This document shows, one piece after another, positions 19,101 to 27,896 of a DNA stretch of 64,000 bases. The DNA is from a virus, in the IMG/VR virus record IMGVR_UViG_3300025141_000029, positions 93,734-157,733 of that record; one strand, 5' to 3'. How positions within the stretch are numbered: position 1 is the first letter of the stretch; the number at the start of each line of letters is the position of its first letter. Both the position numbers and the translations under genes were made by a program. The notes below the pieces were generated by a model, which was given only the letters and a program-made list of their open reading frames with translations, did not search any database and had not been told where the DNA came from.

Positions 19101-21460
19101 ACTTTTGTATATACGGCTTCCGCTGTTTCAACGTCTTTTTTAAAATCTCCTAGGCCTTTGAAAAAACTATCAGTACCAGAATCATTTTTGGCCTCAACCG
19201 CCGCTTTACTTTTTGTTTCTTCTACCGCGGGTGGCTTTTCTCGGTCTTTCTTCTCTTTCTTGGCTGTCGTGGCAGTTTTTACTGCTGGCTTAGGCTCCGG
19301 TACTTCTTCTGCCACTGTCGAGGGATCGGCGCTCGCCGTATCTTTTTCCTCTTTTTTACTCGCGTGAAGCGTCGGGCGCCCATATAAAGTATAAGCAACA
19401 ACCCAATTAATACCATGAAGGTTTGAGTTTGCCGGGGCATCTTTTGTTTGATTAATTTTATCGGCTGTAATATAATAAGAGGTTGTTCTTCTATCAGCAA
19501 ATACATCAACCACCTCCTTCAAACATCTAACTCCTCTTAATAGGGGCTCAACTTTTCGGTCTCCGCCGGCCTCGGGCTCTTGTTCAATGGTGGCATATAA
19601 ATAATGTTTATAGTCACGCGTGCACGCAATGATTATTTTATCATCTTTACCTTTTCTAAATTCTCTATCATTTAATGTTAAAAATTTTGTTATTTGAGTG
19701 ACAAATGTATCTAATCGCTTGGTTACTTGAGAAATAGCAGAGGCGTCGATACCCTTGACATCGCCATCATATTCATTTATACGTCTTTTAAAAACTTGTA
19801 AATCTTGTTTTAATGTTTGAATTCGTTTCTCTACTTTATTAGTTTCTATTACGATAGAACCCAAGCCGTCGCTGTCGACGACTATATCTTCATATGCGTC
19901 GCGAGCAATTTCTTCCCACTGAGCATGAGTTAATATTTCTGTTGGCTTTAAATAGTCGGCATCTAAGTTGGTTTGAGGTACGCGCACCAAAGCCTTTACA
20001 AGTTCATCTTCACGGGCTGGATCCGAATAGAAGGTTCCACCATTCCAAGCGCCCAATTCGGGATCTTTCACGTACTCATCCAGTTCAGCAGCAAGCATAT
20101 TTCTGTAATTAGGTAAATTAACCAAGCCGTAATAATCGCACAATGCCTCTATACCATCATCACCGCACAAATCACCCCATTCTTCATCCGTGTTGTATTC
20201 TAGCGTCACCCAATATTCATTTTTTTGTCTATTAAGAAAAGGTTCACATTTTGTTTTTTTTCGCCAATCAGGAACAGTTACAGATGGTTCTGGTTCGGGT
20301 ACTGTTACGCGAGGGGCGCCCTTAAATCGATTACAATATTCCTCAAGAGAATAAGGATTAAATTCTATTAAAACACGAGTATCAATATAGCCTTCATTGA
20401 TTTTCTCTGCGTCATCGTTTAAAACATGGACATATGCCCAATGAGCCCCTTGACCAGTATAGCGAAGAATAACTACTTGTGTATAAGATTCTAATTCTGT
20501 TTTTGGTGCTCCGGAGAAAAGAGTTTGAGCTGCGTTAAACGTTGAGTCGGTTTTGGTATCGTCGGTAATTTCATCAGTCGCATCAGACTTAATATAGTCC
20601 TCGCGCAAAAGTGCCACTGTATCTGAATTAGTAAATTTCTTTACAAAATGGGATCCCACTTGATTTGGCGGGCCGGGATCTGGAGCCGCCGGTTGAGCTA
20701 AATTAACGCGCTCAATAACAGCATTGACGATCGGACTAGTCTCGGCAGTTGGTACTATAATAGTAGTTTCACCGCCCTCTAGATCACTAATTACTTTAGT
20801 TCGAGTCTGATCAATTGCAAAAACATGAGGGTATCTATTTGTAAAGGCCCAAAAATCCAAATAAGAAACAACAGCCTCTACAGCCCCTGTATACAGAGTG
20901 GTTTCAAGAGCAAGATAGGACTGAGACTGGTCTTGGCCTTTTATATATCTATCAAAATCAACTTGGATAAATTGATTATAAATTGAGGAACCGATAACAT
21001 CTCTTAATACATTTTCACTGGCGCTTCCATTTTTAATAGCCTCCGCAACATTATAAAAAATCGCAAACATGCCCAAGCCACTTACTTGCGACGGAACTGC
21101 CCCGCCAGATATACTTTCAAGTTTTTTCCACAAGATAAAATCAAAATTACTAGTATTTTTAATTTCTCCTGAATCACACTCAACCTTCATAGGAGGAGCA
21201 ATCCAAACATCATGAAATGCTGAACCATGGAAAGTGGGGCTTCCATATTCTTCGGTGCTTACAGTTGAAAGATCGAGTTCGGTCCAAAGCGCATTAAGTG
21301 AAAAATCTCCGTCGCCGGCTGTATTATATATTTGTTTCTTCTGCGTCCAAGCAGAAACTGTGGTCGCGTGCGGATCTCCATTGTGTGTGATATAAGAATT
21401 TAAATTTTGTATCTTTTTTTTATCAAATAAAATCAGATCTTTTAATTTTAATAATGCCAT
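13166..21460 (-). CDS. Giant hypothetical protein (2764 aa), probably virion/baseplate-associated
   Basis: Uninterrupted 8.3-kb ORF between gp5-like genes and gp25; acidic; SH3b-like segment near residues 320-365 and a Lys/Glu/Pro-rich linker near 700-770; no other family recognised. Confidence 0.6.
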   Translation of the reverse strand: MALLKLKDLILFDKKKIQNLNSYITHNGDPHATTVSAWTQKKQIYNTAGDGDFSLNALWTELDLSTVSTEEYGSPTFHGSAFHDVWIAPPMKVECDSGEIKNTSNFDFILWKKLESISGGAVPSQVSGLGMFAIFYNVAEAIKNGSASENVLRDVIGSSIYNQFIQVDFDRYIKGQDQSQSYLALETTLYTGAVEAVVSYLDFWAFTNRYPHVFAIDQTRTKVISDLEGGETTIIVPTAETSPIVNAVIERVNLAQPAAPDPGPPNQVGSHFVKKFTNSDTVALLREDYIKSDATDEITDDTKTDSTFNAAQTLFSGAPKTELESYTQVVILRYTGQGAHWAYVHVLNDDAEKINEGYIDTRVLIEFNPYSLEEYCNRFKGAPRVTVPEPEPSVTVPDWRKKTKCEPFLNRQKNEYWVTLEYNTDEEWGDLCGDDGIEALCDYYGLVNLPNYRNMLAAELDEYVKDPELGAWNGGTFYSDPAREDELVKALVRVPQTNLDADYLKPTEILTHAQWEEIARDAYEDIVVDSDGLGSIVIETNKVEKRIQTLKQDLQVFKRRINEYDGDVKGIDASAISQVTKRLDTFVTQITKFLTLNDREFRKGKDDKIIIACTRDYKHYLYATIEQEPEAGGDRKVEPLLRGVRCLKEVVDVFADRRTTSYYITADKINQTKDAPANSNLHGINWVVAYTLYGRPTLHASKKEEKDTASADPSTVAEEVPEPKPAVKTATTAKKEKKDREKPPAVEETKSKAAVEAKNDSGTDSFFKGLGDFKKDVETAEAVYTKVLFRLNLTDYLMRAAACLANELPSIDAIGAAVMGFLKSMAPEDLVTFLTGVYTHAAIVEQLGQDVADALDEAFSEAIAKECEKVALENDSKSILSANLAPPSDLMINPTPDGVEVDDQTPTGTSEPFAVTPPAGMSETSTSMLEGIHETLYREPHMASAAGDLQCAANLTPENWKSISLEVLKKYDEYGIIDFFPNLLEKVSNDIKEWLVENTDPEQWPEELQAIYIVLLPILPELDMVLELVNRVASGEELQDAVTSQIMDAPAFGLVGQEYSDDPLAPTDEAIEQMLKELVTELLISVVKSLLETLLAECEGLDLASALDQTAEFIPGQSQQVLGPITLLTDKEILAFGEDSADSGIRSNLPGTIDLSDIFPDTSNFEQDLGGIVENLNPNVPITWDVIEQLKLLLDYLSQVLKPTEICSLLSYAATDQTLKIVLKIINAKTQFSIIRLFIQTTDNVAKYFALLGQYVNNTFCETALKDLSLVTMLCEKAISQDFYCKVLKQKGFSEEQCESLLAQEKEALKGQLEKLELILSYPTISDYFQSLVPTDPCAPGSPISALINDPYINAALENCIDLAINLVSQQFDTEMMGIKTIFIKDNIIPYGGEYPRYPEVGRDYQDMWNGQGELVGDDGRGNESAVFFDSDGVPQPENFPRQDKIIKEVVPELYSNVTTDNTSETLKKGIVSLKPSSEGDKFVKTLYSTTNIAMDKIGRNVSSLYYDPASVLNQIEKLFGTPQQLEGDVVDIEKHELAEEYQWVGAQIFSDIFVDAFSGKNGEYSIAHWRVQVKYAELEPLYLIRNVFHEHPELAGMDTDETGGIWIESTNPKLVIAPEHELYDPNSPTANTYYYNDIVDAIAQTEMEVTVYNESLWKIENQLPILLGEYVDMTNHNNELDKIQNSNIFSGQENTTNTLVEMHFPKYSFILEKEAEQHANPITLDYNKFTVWTKGSINDQGISEVSELNFDVNDTLESNEAHQFMKTLTTPAFRNINQPAEGDGLYIGDGTITIPQYAFTKLLSYSLVDFVGVHGTRGKLESNIASMHQYLLLERQQRVFNNVSDSSLFDVNNFSKILFAPKSQWAQDSMLCDNSELDFSALRKSLLNPDDIKALVDEYYKKIACDAYKTGPVAVADPVNEAIKFAMVLLYMRLCISEFIVRGIMFFSRHSAESTILDSDLFLSMVVNRMDEGSDIFAPGFMTDAYDTSYNFLKRRINEKVTVEFLSNEFYYDFSNNVDERRFTNFKQKRFNLADLILLTASPINPVALVKIAEGVGFDVDGDADAFSALEVYTRLESKLKNISLKYLINENIISMAPSISQKVLDENSNQLTTLASNRLHDLPTKLFSLEDIRNHDKKGVAGLTDVKEVEGFYDFQLGDPGGDPPSGVFNFTFQNIGNMWLDVAQEEELANQHGFDSKNINFDPYFFAENQASNAIEQSCFHKLGVQYPYLYDVEVLTDLGMATKNGGLILQRFIKVRMNNSAEAIEKIDNISGGTGGQQQAWVNKFLESINADDLSDANKTGDLYISYKAFDFGLRDISSSFAQFENSGGSRSDVSLSDIFSSIKYGTRLVYVLPHAPVNDFIKNTDDPDSFPSMDNGHPYTSPGSKNFRATSRSSDIEGSIHNLITTSMEKDISNKERIFTNRAYEIREMLPVAHGTFSTAHGGEGHLSTEVAEDIESHAKYLKSIYVIPIPDAHAERELPGLSMINFDDDFLKDHIDLLNLADADPYLVRLGITSENLVHETMNMPLSLLMNRFAMPNKDFLNFALLHVMYFPYRAGFNFDKLFKSCKKIVAKTHGAASIPRDEYADPSSGPGDENYNDRLDQSLSMGLDGELWYEFIKELIPKWIFRHALPQVDPCMKKAFEIQEEHKLNDDKLPLIVAGIRPTPIFPPGMPFFGDLSTPITIAGMAYMTMNLLTGVEGAHQQESTGTTTPDGTTTVPGTGGTAVNTGPENPCDPSTGGSYEVDAQTAADIEEANENE

Positions 21461-21469
21461 TTTTATATC

Positions 21470-22387
21470 CTAGTTTAGGTAATGCCATGGAGAGTTAATA
21501 TAGGTTCTATTCGCTTCACCCATTTTTCTTCCAGATGGCTCAAGATAATTTGTATTCCAAACGTTTAGATTGTATTTTTGTGTTGCCAATGATCTAAGAG
21601 ATCTTGATTGCATATTGGTATATTCTTGCATCCATGAACTCCATGAATCAAATGGCATCATAGTGGGCATGCCGGGGAAGATTGTCATATGAAAATGAAA
21701 CATTGTCGAAATATTAAATTGTGATTGATATTGAATAAAGCCGGCCATTATACCATTTAATTTTCTAATTTCTTTATTAAGCTCTCTTAGGGCTTTTACT
21801 AAATTATCGCCCTTGACCATTCGTTGCATATCGCTGGCATCATTGCCACCAATTAAATCAACTCCATAATGAGTATTTGCAGATTTACCTGTTGATAATT
21901 TTTTGTCTGTGCCTGTTACTATCTTAATTCCTTGTCTGGAAATAAAACGAAGATTGTCTGCTTTTAAAGCGATCGCAGATTTTGATTTGGGTTTTCCGGC
22001 CGGGCTGTTGGCGATTTTGAAATTATCATCCACCTGAGTGGCCTGAGATATATATATCGTCGCAGCATCTTTAAGAAGATCTGGATCCGCCCATAATTTG
22101 TTGCCGGTCTTATCTATATCGCCTGTCTGCGGTGAGGGGCCGGCGACAAGACGTATTGTTGCGCAACTTTCTCTACCTTTGCCGCCTAGGCCGCTTTCCA
22201 TATCAGCTGGGCGGTCGCGACCGAGAACGATCCAACTATTATTTTCCCCAGCAATAACTTTTTCACACGGTGCAGCGAGATATTGTGGAAAACCTTCATA
22301 CTTATGGCCACTATAAATGCCAGTTGGTGCGCCGCGGTCGTTAGCAGCATCCTTCTTTGGGCCGGTCTGGTTCTTGGGTTCAGCCAC
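21470..22387 (-). CDS. Putative baseplate hub/spike protein (gp5 C-terminal-like)
   Basis: GENNSWIVLGRDRP, DAATIYISQ, SAIALKADNLRFISRQGIKIVT, MVKGDNLV and an HxH (HFH) motif resemble spike C-terminal regions; position in baseplate module. Confidence 0.5.
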   Translation of the reverse strand: MAEPKNQTGPKKDAANDRGAPTGIYSGHKYEGFPQYLAAPCEKVIAGENNSWIVLGRDRPADMESGLGGKGRESCATIRLVAGPSPQTGDIDKTGNKLWADPDLLKDAATIYISQATQVDDNFKIANSPAGKPKSKSAIALKADNLRFISRQGIKIVTGTDKKLSTGKSANTHYGVDLIGGNDASDMQRMVKGDNLVKALRELNKEIRKLNGIMAGFIQYQSQFNISTMFHFHMTIFPGMPTMMPFDSWSSWMQEYTNMQSRSLRSLATQKYNLNVWNTNYLEPSGRKMGEANRTYINSPWHYLN

Positions 22388-22393
22388 TAAAGT

Positions 22394-23743
22394 CTAAATC
22401 CCCCCGGCCGGCGTGTGATACTGATGGAGAAAAGTTACGAGATTAGAAAGTACTGGCCTCTTGGTATGGAGCCCACTCTTATTCCTTACGCACACACTTT
22501 CGGCCGCTCGTATTGTTGTATCGAATGCTTCTCTATGGCTCACGCTATACATAATTCTCATATATAAATAATGTTCATAAAATAATCCATCAGTATGGGT
22601 ACTCGTACCAGAGTGCGCATGAGATGTTAAGCCGCCGCCATTTGATGTAGTAAAATCACCCGGGATCGTCCCGGGATCGGCCATGCCAACAGAAGTATCA
22701 TAAACACCTAAATATTTCTTGGCGGTCGCGACCTTGAAAGATCCCCAGTAGAACCCGGGTTTTCTACCATAATCGGATTTATCTCCAGTAATTTGTTCTG
22801 ATAATAAAACTCCTGGAAATCTTGGTGGTATCGAATAGTGTTCCATTAAAGCTATCACAAAATTATAAAGTTGTATCATTTGGTTCTCGGGTGGTAAAAT
22901 CCAATTTTTTTTGCCTCCGGTCCATTTTTTAGGGGTTCGAAGGTCATTGGTTTCCCATTCTGTAGTGCCGGTTGACGGTATTGTTTTAAGGCCGGCGTAG
23001 TCCTTCTTCTCTTCTTCAGAAGCCAAAACATATCCGGCACCATAAGCAGGATCGTGAATATTTTCCCATTTGTCAGGAGGAATCCATTTGTTACCTTGGT
23101 TATAAGTAGAAAATCTATTCTGTACCTCAACTGCGATTGAGGATTCATTTCGACCGGGACAATGATCGAGCAGATCATCATCATAGGCATGATATTCAAT
23201 AGTACCATCTCTATCAACAGTATAGTGTACACCCAGACATGCTGCAGTTAAACTTTCCATAGTTTTTTTAACTGTCCACGTCATTGGCTCATGTAATAAT
23301 ATCAAGTTCACTGAAGATGGCCCCCCCAATCCAATTCCGGCGCGCTTCTTTTGATATGAAACACAAGGGGTGCCTTTTTTAAGAGCTATTTTTGGCGATG
23401 TCACGGCTGTAAATAAATTCTTCGTCGTGTTGGGATAATTCGAATCTTTTAGACTAAATTCTTGTTTTCGTCTTTCTCCCTGGCGTTCAACACACTTCGC
23501 GATGTAATAATCTATACCAGAAACCGATCCTGCTAAATCTGATAGTCCTTGCGGGGGTACTCGACACCCTTGTCTTGTAAAAATTTCCGCGCCGTGCTCG
23601 CCGACAGCATCTTTTTTGTTCACGCCTTGCCTCTGTGCCGAGCCCACGCCTTCGAGCGCGCCGCCTGGCTTTTTGAGATTGGCCAAGCTGTCTTTCGCCT
23701 GGCCGGGTCCGGCGCCAGATGATTTATTACCATTTTCGGCCAT
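22394..23743 (-). CDS. N-acetylmuramoyl-L-alanine amidase (Amidase_2 family) domain protein, probably tail-associated
   Basis: LILLHE...GVHYTVDRDGTI...HCPGRNESSIAVEVQN...Q...L...LMEHYSIP...HAH...HTD follows the Zn-amidase_2 motif order. Confidence 0.8.
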   Translation of the reverse strand: MAENGNKSSGAGPGQAKDSLANLKKPGGALEGVGSAQRQGVNKKDAVGEHGAEIFTRQGCRVPPQGLSDLAGSVSGIDYYIAKCVERQGERRKQEFSLKDSNYPNTTKNLFTAVTSPKIALKKGTPCVSYQKKRAGIGLGGPSSVNLILLHEPMTWTVKKTMESLTAACLGVHYTVDRDGTIEYHAYDDDLLDHCPGRNESSIAVEVQNRFSTYNQGNKWIPPDKWENIHDPAYGAGYVLASEEEKKDYAGLKTIPSTGTTEWETNDLRTPKKWTGGKKNWILPPENQMIQLYNFVIALMEHYSIPPRFPGVLLSEQITGDKSDYGRKPGFYWGSFKVATAKKYLGVYDTSVGMADPGTIPGDFTTSNGGGLTSHAHSGTSTHTDGLFYEHYLYMRIMYSVSHREAFDTTIRAAESVCVRNKSGLHTKRPVLSNLVTFLHQYHTPAGGI

Positions 23744-26469
23744 TAAGCTCCCCCCTCGGCTGCAGCTGCATATTGTTTACAAAGTTCTAAAATACGATCC
23801 TTGTTCTCTTGTACAATTTGTTCTTGAGCAGTTTTGATTTGTTCTTGGACAACCTCAGTGGTAACTGGAGTTTCGGACGGTGGAACAGTAACATGTTCTG
23901 GTGGTGGATGAGCTTCCCAAAACTCTACTTCAGCGGCCCGGGCTTCGTCGGTCGCGCCGGCGGCAGTTAAAAATCCATTAGTAGCATTTTTTAATTCTCT
24001 TGCTGTCCAATATCCAGTTCCATCACTCTTCGGTGTGAACGGCATTGGGATATCCCATTCTCCAGTCTTATTATAAATTTTGGGCTTGAGTCCAAGAATG
24101 CGCCAGAAATCTGGTCCTGTTCTTCCCCATCCTTCGTTTGCGCCTGGGGGTAAAAATATATTTGTCTTAGTTACGCCTCGAAAGTAATTCGCATGATCGG
24201 CCTCAACTCTAAGAAATCTTTTATATTCTGTAACAATACCTGTTAAATATTGCTCTACACCAAACATTTTTATAATATTTTTATCATATTCACTGGCACG
24301 GGCCATTCGGCCGGTTGTCGAATCGACGTTATTTAAATGCTCATATCTTACCGCCAAATCGCCAAGCTCTTTTAAAACACTCCATCTTTTTTCTGCCCAT
24401 GGAATCCTCTCATACTTATCTTTTTCATCAGAATATACACGTGAGGAGGTCGGACCGCCCACTATACTACTATCATTTTCGTCTGATTTTGGCCAGGGGC
24501 CCCAAAGAGTTGCCATGGCCCCTCCCTCTGATGACGCTCCGTCTCCATACGCATCATTAGAAAAAATAGCACCAGCCATTTGACGCATACCGGCCGGCCT
24601 TACATCACCTATTTCAGGCTTAATAGGCTGTGGAGAAAACCTGGTTCCCGGCGCAAAACCCGTACTTAGTCCAGGTATTATATATTTAAAACCTAATGTT
24701 TTAAGTATATTAGCTTGATGTACGGGGGCTGGAAAAAGAGCGACCTGATCCTGCCATGCCTCAGATGCCGCAGTATAAGATTCGCAAGCTTCTGGATCAA
24801 TAGTCTCACCGGTTTCATCTTCAGCACAAGCCGCTTGTTCTGACTCCCAATCCGATCCAACCCAAAATCCAGTTTCTGGATTCCAAGTTGCTGCGTTTTC
24901 GAGTTCTCCATAAAGTTCAGGATGTCCACTAAATTTATGAATTACAAAGTCAGCTGCCAACGGACCGGTCGCTAACATGGCCCATGGTATTTTTTCGATT
25001 CCTGATATTCCCTGTAGAAGTGGCTTAGGTTGATTTGGCCCCGATGGTATGGCTTTATCAGGAAATCCAAATTCTGCAACCGAAATGCCAATTGATAAGC
25101 CGGCCGCTTTGGCTGCTCCATGAATCTTTTGCCAAAAATCTGTTAAAGTAACGGCATCAGAATCGGTCATTGCCCACACATCTCCTATGCCATCTTGAAG
25201 TTCGCCTTTCATGAACCATTTTGGGGGGCCCCCAATAGCATGAGCTGGAAATTCAGCATTAGTGGCGCGCTCTATACATCCCGCGCCGGTCGCCTGATTA
25301 CAACCATATACAGAATCATTCTCAACCCATCCCTCGACATATTTTGTTGTGGGCGAGTGTGTAGTCATTTCAACTACTATACCAATTACACCAGTCTTAG
25401 TGTCACCAGCTTTAGCTTTGGTATCGTATGCCTTTGCGCGGGCTATTATTGTTGATGCATACTCATCAATCAGCGCGTTCCACTCTTTGATGGACATCTT
25501 TTGGGTGAGGATGAGGTTGGGAGAGCGAACCATCATATAAGTTCGAACACCATTTTGATGATATTTTTTAATCCATTTTCCAACATTGGTAGCTGTCACG
25601 GCCTTTTGAGCTGCTCTATCAACGGGTGCCATGACAGACACACTTCTATTATTGTCCTTATGATAATCTGGTATATCAACCCCCCTAAAGCATATCCAAC
25701 TTAATTTAGCGTCTTGCATGGCGCTAAGAGGGTGGGTTTTTAGAGTTGGTGTATCGATACCAGTAAAAATCCCTTTGCCGGCCGGTAGGGCGCCCTTGGA
25801 GCCGCTAATATCTAATACCACTGGTACTAAATTGGCCTGTTCAGCGTGGTGTTGTATTGTCTCAACACCCAGAGCTTCGCCCCAGGGACCCTGGGCACAA
25901 AAAGAACATTCTAATTTTTTAAATTCTCGTAGACCTCCCCGCTTAACTCCTGGTTCGACGGCGCCGGCGAGAAAAGGACTCAAATATATGCCTCCTGTAA
26001 AATCCTTTCTGTTTCGATAATCAACCCAAACAATATCACCAGGCTTTGGGGGCGGATCTTTCCAAGATTCGGCTGCTTCAAAATCTGGAAATACACTTAT
26101 TGCTGTTAGGTCGCCGCCTCGCCCGTGCTCATCAGGTATGCTCTTGGGTATTGGTCTGGGATCTACTTCTGGAACAAGAACTTTGATTATTTGATGATGT
26201 ACCTTGGCACTTTGTCCATGAACTAGGTCTTTTGAGTCACGAGTCGGCGAACGAACAGGATCATTACCTCCTTCCACAACCATATCTTTCACCCATAAAA
26301 CAATCCCCTTAAAACGACCGACATTTTTTAATAATTCTTTTTTGTATCTTTCATCAATTATTGCGCGCATGGCGCCTATTCCAGTTGTCGTTGGAGTGCG
26401 TACGGGGCCGGCATTCGATCCAATATTGTCTCTGTTCAAGGCTCCGTTGACAGCATCTGTTAGTTTCAT
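23743..26469 (-). CDS. Putative baseplate hub protein with gp5/VgrG-like N-terminal OB fold and an unassigned central domain
   Basis: FKGIVL...IKVLVPE...PKPGDIVWVDY...GGIYL resembles the gp5 OB fold; central alternating beta/alpha segment; TAATG overlap with the amidase gene. Confidence 0.5.
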   Translation of the reverse strand: MKLTDAVNGALNRDNIGSNAGPVRTPTTTGIGAMRAIIDERYKKELLKNVGRFKGIVLWVKDMVVEGGNDPVRSPTRDSKDLVHGQSAKVHHQIIKVLVPEVDPRPIPKSIPDEHGRGGDLTAISVFPDFEAAESWKDPPPKPGDIVWVDYRNRKDFTGGIYLSPFLAGAVEPGVKRGGLREFKKLECSFCAQGPWGEALGVETIQHHAEQANLVPVVLDISGSKGALPAGKGIFTGIDTPTLKTHPLSAMQDAKLSWICFRGVDIPDYHKDNNRSVSVMAPVDRAAQKAVTATNVGKWIKKYHQNGVRTYMMVRSPNLILTQKMSIKEWNALIDEYASTIIARAKAYDTKAKAGDTKTGVIGIVVEMTTHSPTTKYVEGWVENDSVYGCNQATGAGCIERATNAEFPAHAIGGPPKWFMKGELQDGIGDVWAMTDSDAVTLTDFWQKIHGAAKAAGLSIGISVAEFGFPDKAIPSGPNQPKPLLQGISGIEKIPWAMLATGPLAADFVIHKFSGHPELYGELENAATWNPETGFWVGSDWESEQAACAEDETGETIDPEACESYTAASEAWQDQVALFPAPVHQANILKTLGFKYIIPGLSTGFAPGTRFSPQPIKPEIGDVRPAGMRQMAGAIFSNDAYGDGASSEGGAMATLWGPWPKSDENDSSIVGGPTSSRVYSDEKDKYERIPWAEKRWSVLKELGDLAVRYEHLNNVDSTTGRMARASEYDKNIIKMFGVEQYLTGIVTEYKRFLRVEADHANYFRGVTKTNIFLPPGANEGWGRTGPDFWRILGLKPKIYNKTGEWDIPMPFTPKSDGTGYWTARELKNATNGFLTAAGATDEARAAEVEFWEAHPPPEHVTVPPSETPVTTEVVQEQIKTAQEQIVQENKDRILELCKQYAAAAEGGA

Positions 26470-26491
26470 ATTACTATTCTGCTCCCTTCAT

Positions 26492-26803
26492 CTAAGATTC
26501 ATCCTCGGCACTATTAATTAAATCATATAGTTCTTCTTTATCTATAGCAGTTAATTCCTGGGATATGGAACTCTTTTTAAATAAGAGAGCGTTAAGCTTC
26601 ACTAATTGTTCGTTAGATCTCTGTAGTGTTTCTAGATATTTAGCGGCCACTGGCCCTGTTTCTTTATGTTCATGTTTGTTTGTTTTAATATGATTTACCA
26701 AATCAATCAAAAGAGTGGAAGCAACGGCGCGGTCTTGCCGAATATTGTCCAAAGATTCTTCAATTAAAGAATCGAGACTATTGTTGGGTTTTTGCTTGCT
26801 CAC
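26492..26803 (-). CDS. Hypothetical helical protein (103 aa)
   Basis: ORF packed directly after the sigma-like gene (GTG start abutting its stop); no family recognised. Confidence 0.65.
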   Translation of the reverse strand: MSKQKPNNSLDSLIEESLDNIRQDRAVASTLLIDLVNHIKTNKHEHKETGPVAAKYLETLQRSNEQLVKLNALLFKKSSISQELTAIDKEELYDLINSAEDES

Positions 26804-27520
26804 TCAAATTTCACCTTCATCCCATTTTGTTTTAAAGTCTCGATACCGGCTTCGCATTTTATTAAGATTATTAACAACTTGCTTGGTATTAAGACCTGTT
26901 ATTTCTCGAATATATAGATAAATAGCTTTTTTATTAAAAATTTCAATATCATCAACACTTTCAAAAAGAATTTTAATGGCCTCTAAAACACGACGTTCGT
27001 TATCTTTGAGATTTAAATTATCCCAATTGTTAATTTCATTTTTTAACAAAGACATAAATTCTCTTTTTTGACGTTCTTTTTCATATTGATTTTCGACAAT
27101 CAAAACTTCATGAGCCTCAATTCTGCCGGCGGCGGCCAAATCTTCATAACATATTTCTCTTCTTAGGCTTTTAGAGTTCTTCTTGACTTTATGAATGAAC
27201 CAATTTTTGGTTATAACGCTAAAATATGAAAAGGCTTTGGATTTTCGGCCGGGGTCATATTTGTCTAAAATTGTAGTGAGCCAGATTTTACAATCATCTT
27301 TTAAATAATCAATATTTGGAAGATTTGTAAATTTATATGTGTATACAATCTTGTCAACTAATTCATTAAAAGCAGGCCCTATTAAATTTATATAAAGATC
27401 AGTTCGTATTTTATTACACTCTGTTGATGCGTATTTCACAATTGCGTCTTCATGTACCTTTGTAAAATATAAATTTTTCTTTCTTTTTTTAGTTTTCTTT
27501 GGCGGGGGCACGGGTATCAT
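26804..27520 (-). CDS. Phage RNA polymerase sigma-like factor (T4 gp55-like late transcription factor)
   Basis: YFTKVHEDAIVKY...LVDKI...DDCKIWLTTILDKYDPGRKSKAFSYFSVITKNWFI matches sigma region 2 as in gp55-type factors (FDP.K...F.YF..I); C-terminal HTH-like YIREITGLNTKQVVNNL. Confidence 0.75.
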   Translation of the reverse strand: MIPVPPPKKTKKRKKNLYFTKVHEDAIVKYASTECNKIRTDLYINLIGPAFNELVDKIVYTYKFTNLPNIDYLKDDCKIWLTTILDKYDPGRKSKAFSYFSVITKNWFIHKVKKNSKSLRREICYEDLAAAGRIEAHEVLIVENQYEKERQKREFMSLLKNEINNWDNLNLKDNERRVLEAIKILFESVDDIEIFNKKAIYLYIREITGLNTKQVVNNLNKMRSRYRDFKTKWDEGEI

Positions 27521-27896
27521 CTATTTCTTGTTCCTTTTCGTCTTCATATTCATATTCTTCATCCATTTCTGAAAAATATTCTTCCTCAAATTCATAAAAA
27601 CCTTGGATCAATTCTTTTGAATGGTTAATCAAGCTTTCTAACGTCTCATCCCCATAAAACATTTCAAGCTCATATATTTGTGATAAGTGAGTTGAAAATA
27701 TTTCTATTTTTGGTAGCAGACTATTAAAATGATTTTGGATTCTTGTTCCTTCGTCCAACAAAAATCTTATATATCCAAGCGCTAATATATTAAATAGCAC
27801 CAGCATAAACAACAGAAAAGGCATCAAGCCAAATAAATATATCAGAAGGAAAGAATTAAGTATTAAAGAGCTAATCAGAAATATTTTCATCATCAT
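27489..27896 (-). CDS. Hypothetical membrane protein
   Basis: N-terminal ~40-residue hydrophobic stretch, acidic tail; overlaps neighbours as in an operon. Confidence 0.65.
   Translation of the reverse strand: MMMKIFLISSLILNSFLLIYLFGLMPFLLFMLVLFNILALGYIRFLLDEGTRIQNHFNSLLPKIEIFSTHLSQIYELEMFYGDETLESLINHSKELIQGFYEFEEEYFSEMDEEYEYEDEKEQEIDDTRAPAKEN

Noticed and set aside
13166-21460. Tape measure protein call for the 2764-aa ORF
   Set aside because: No periodic Ala/Gly/aromatic repeats or TM stretches recognised; acidic and Cys-containing; left unassigned.
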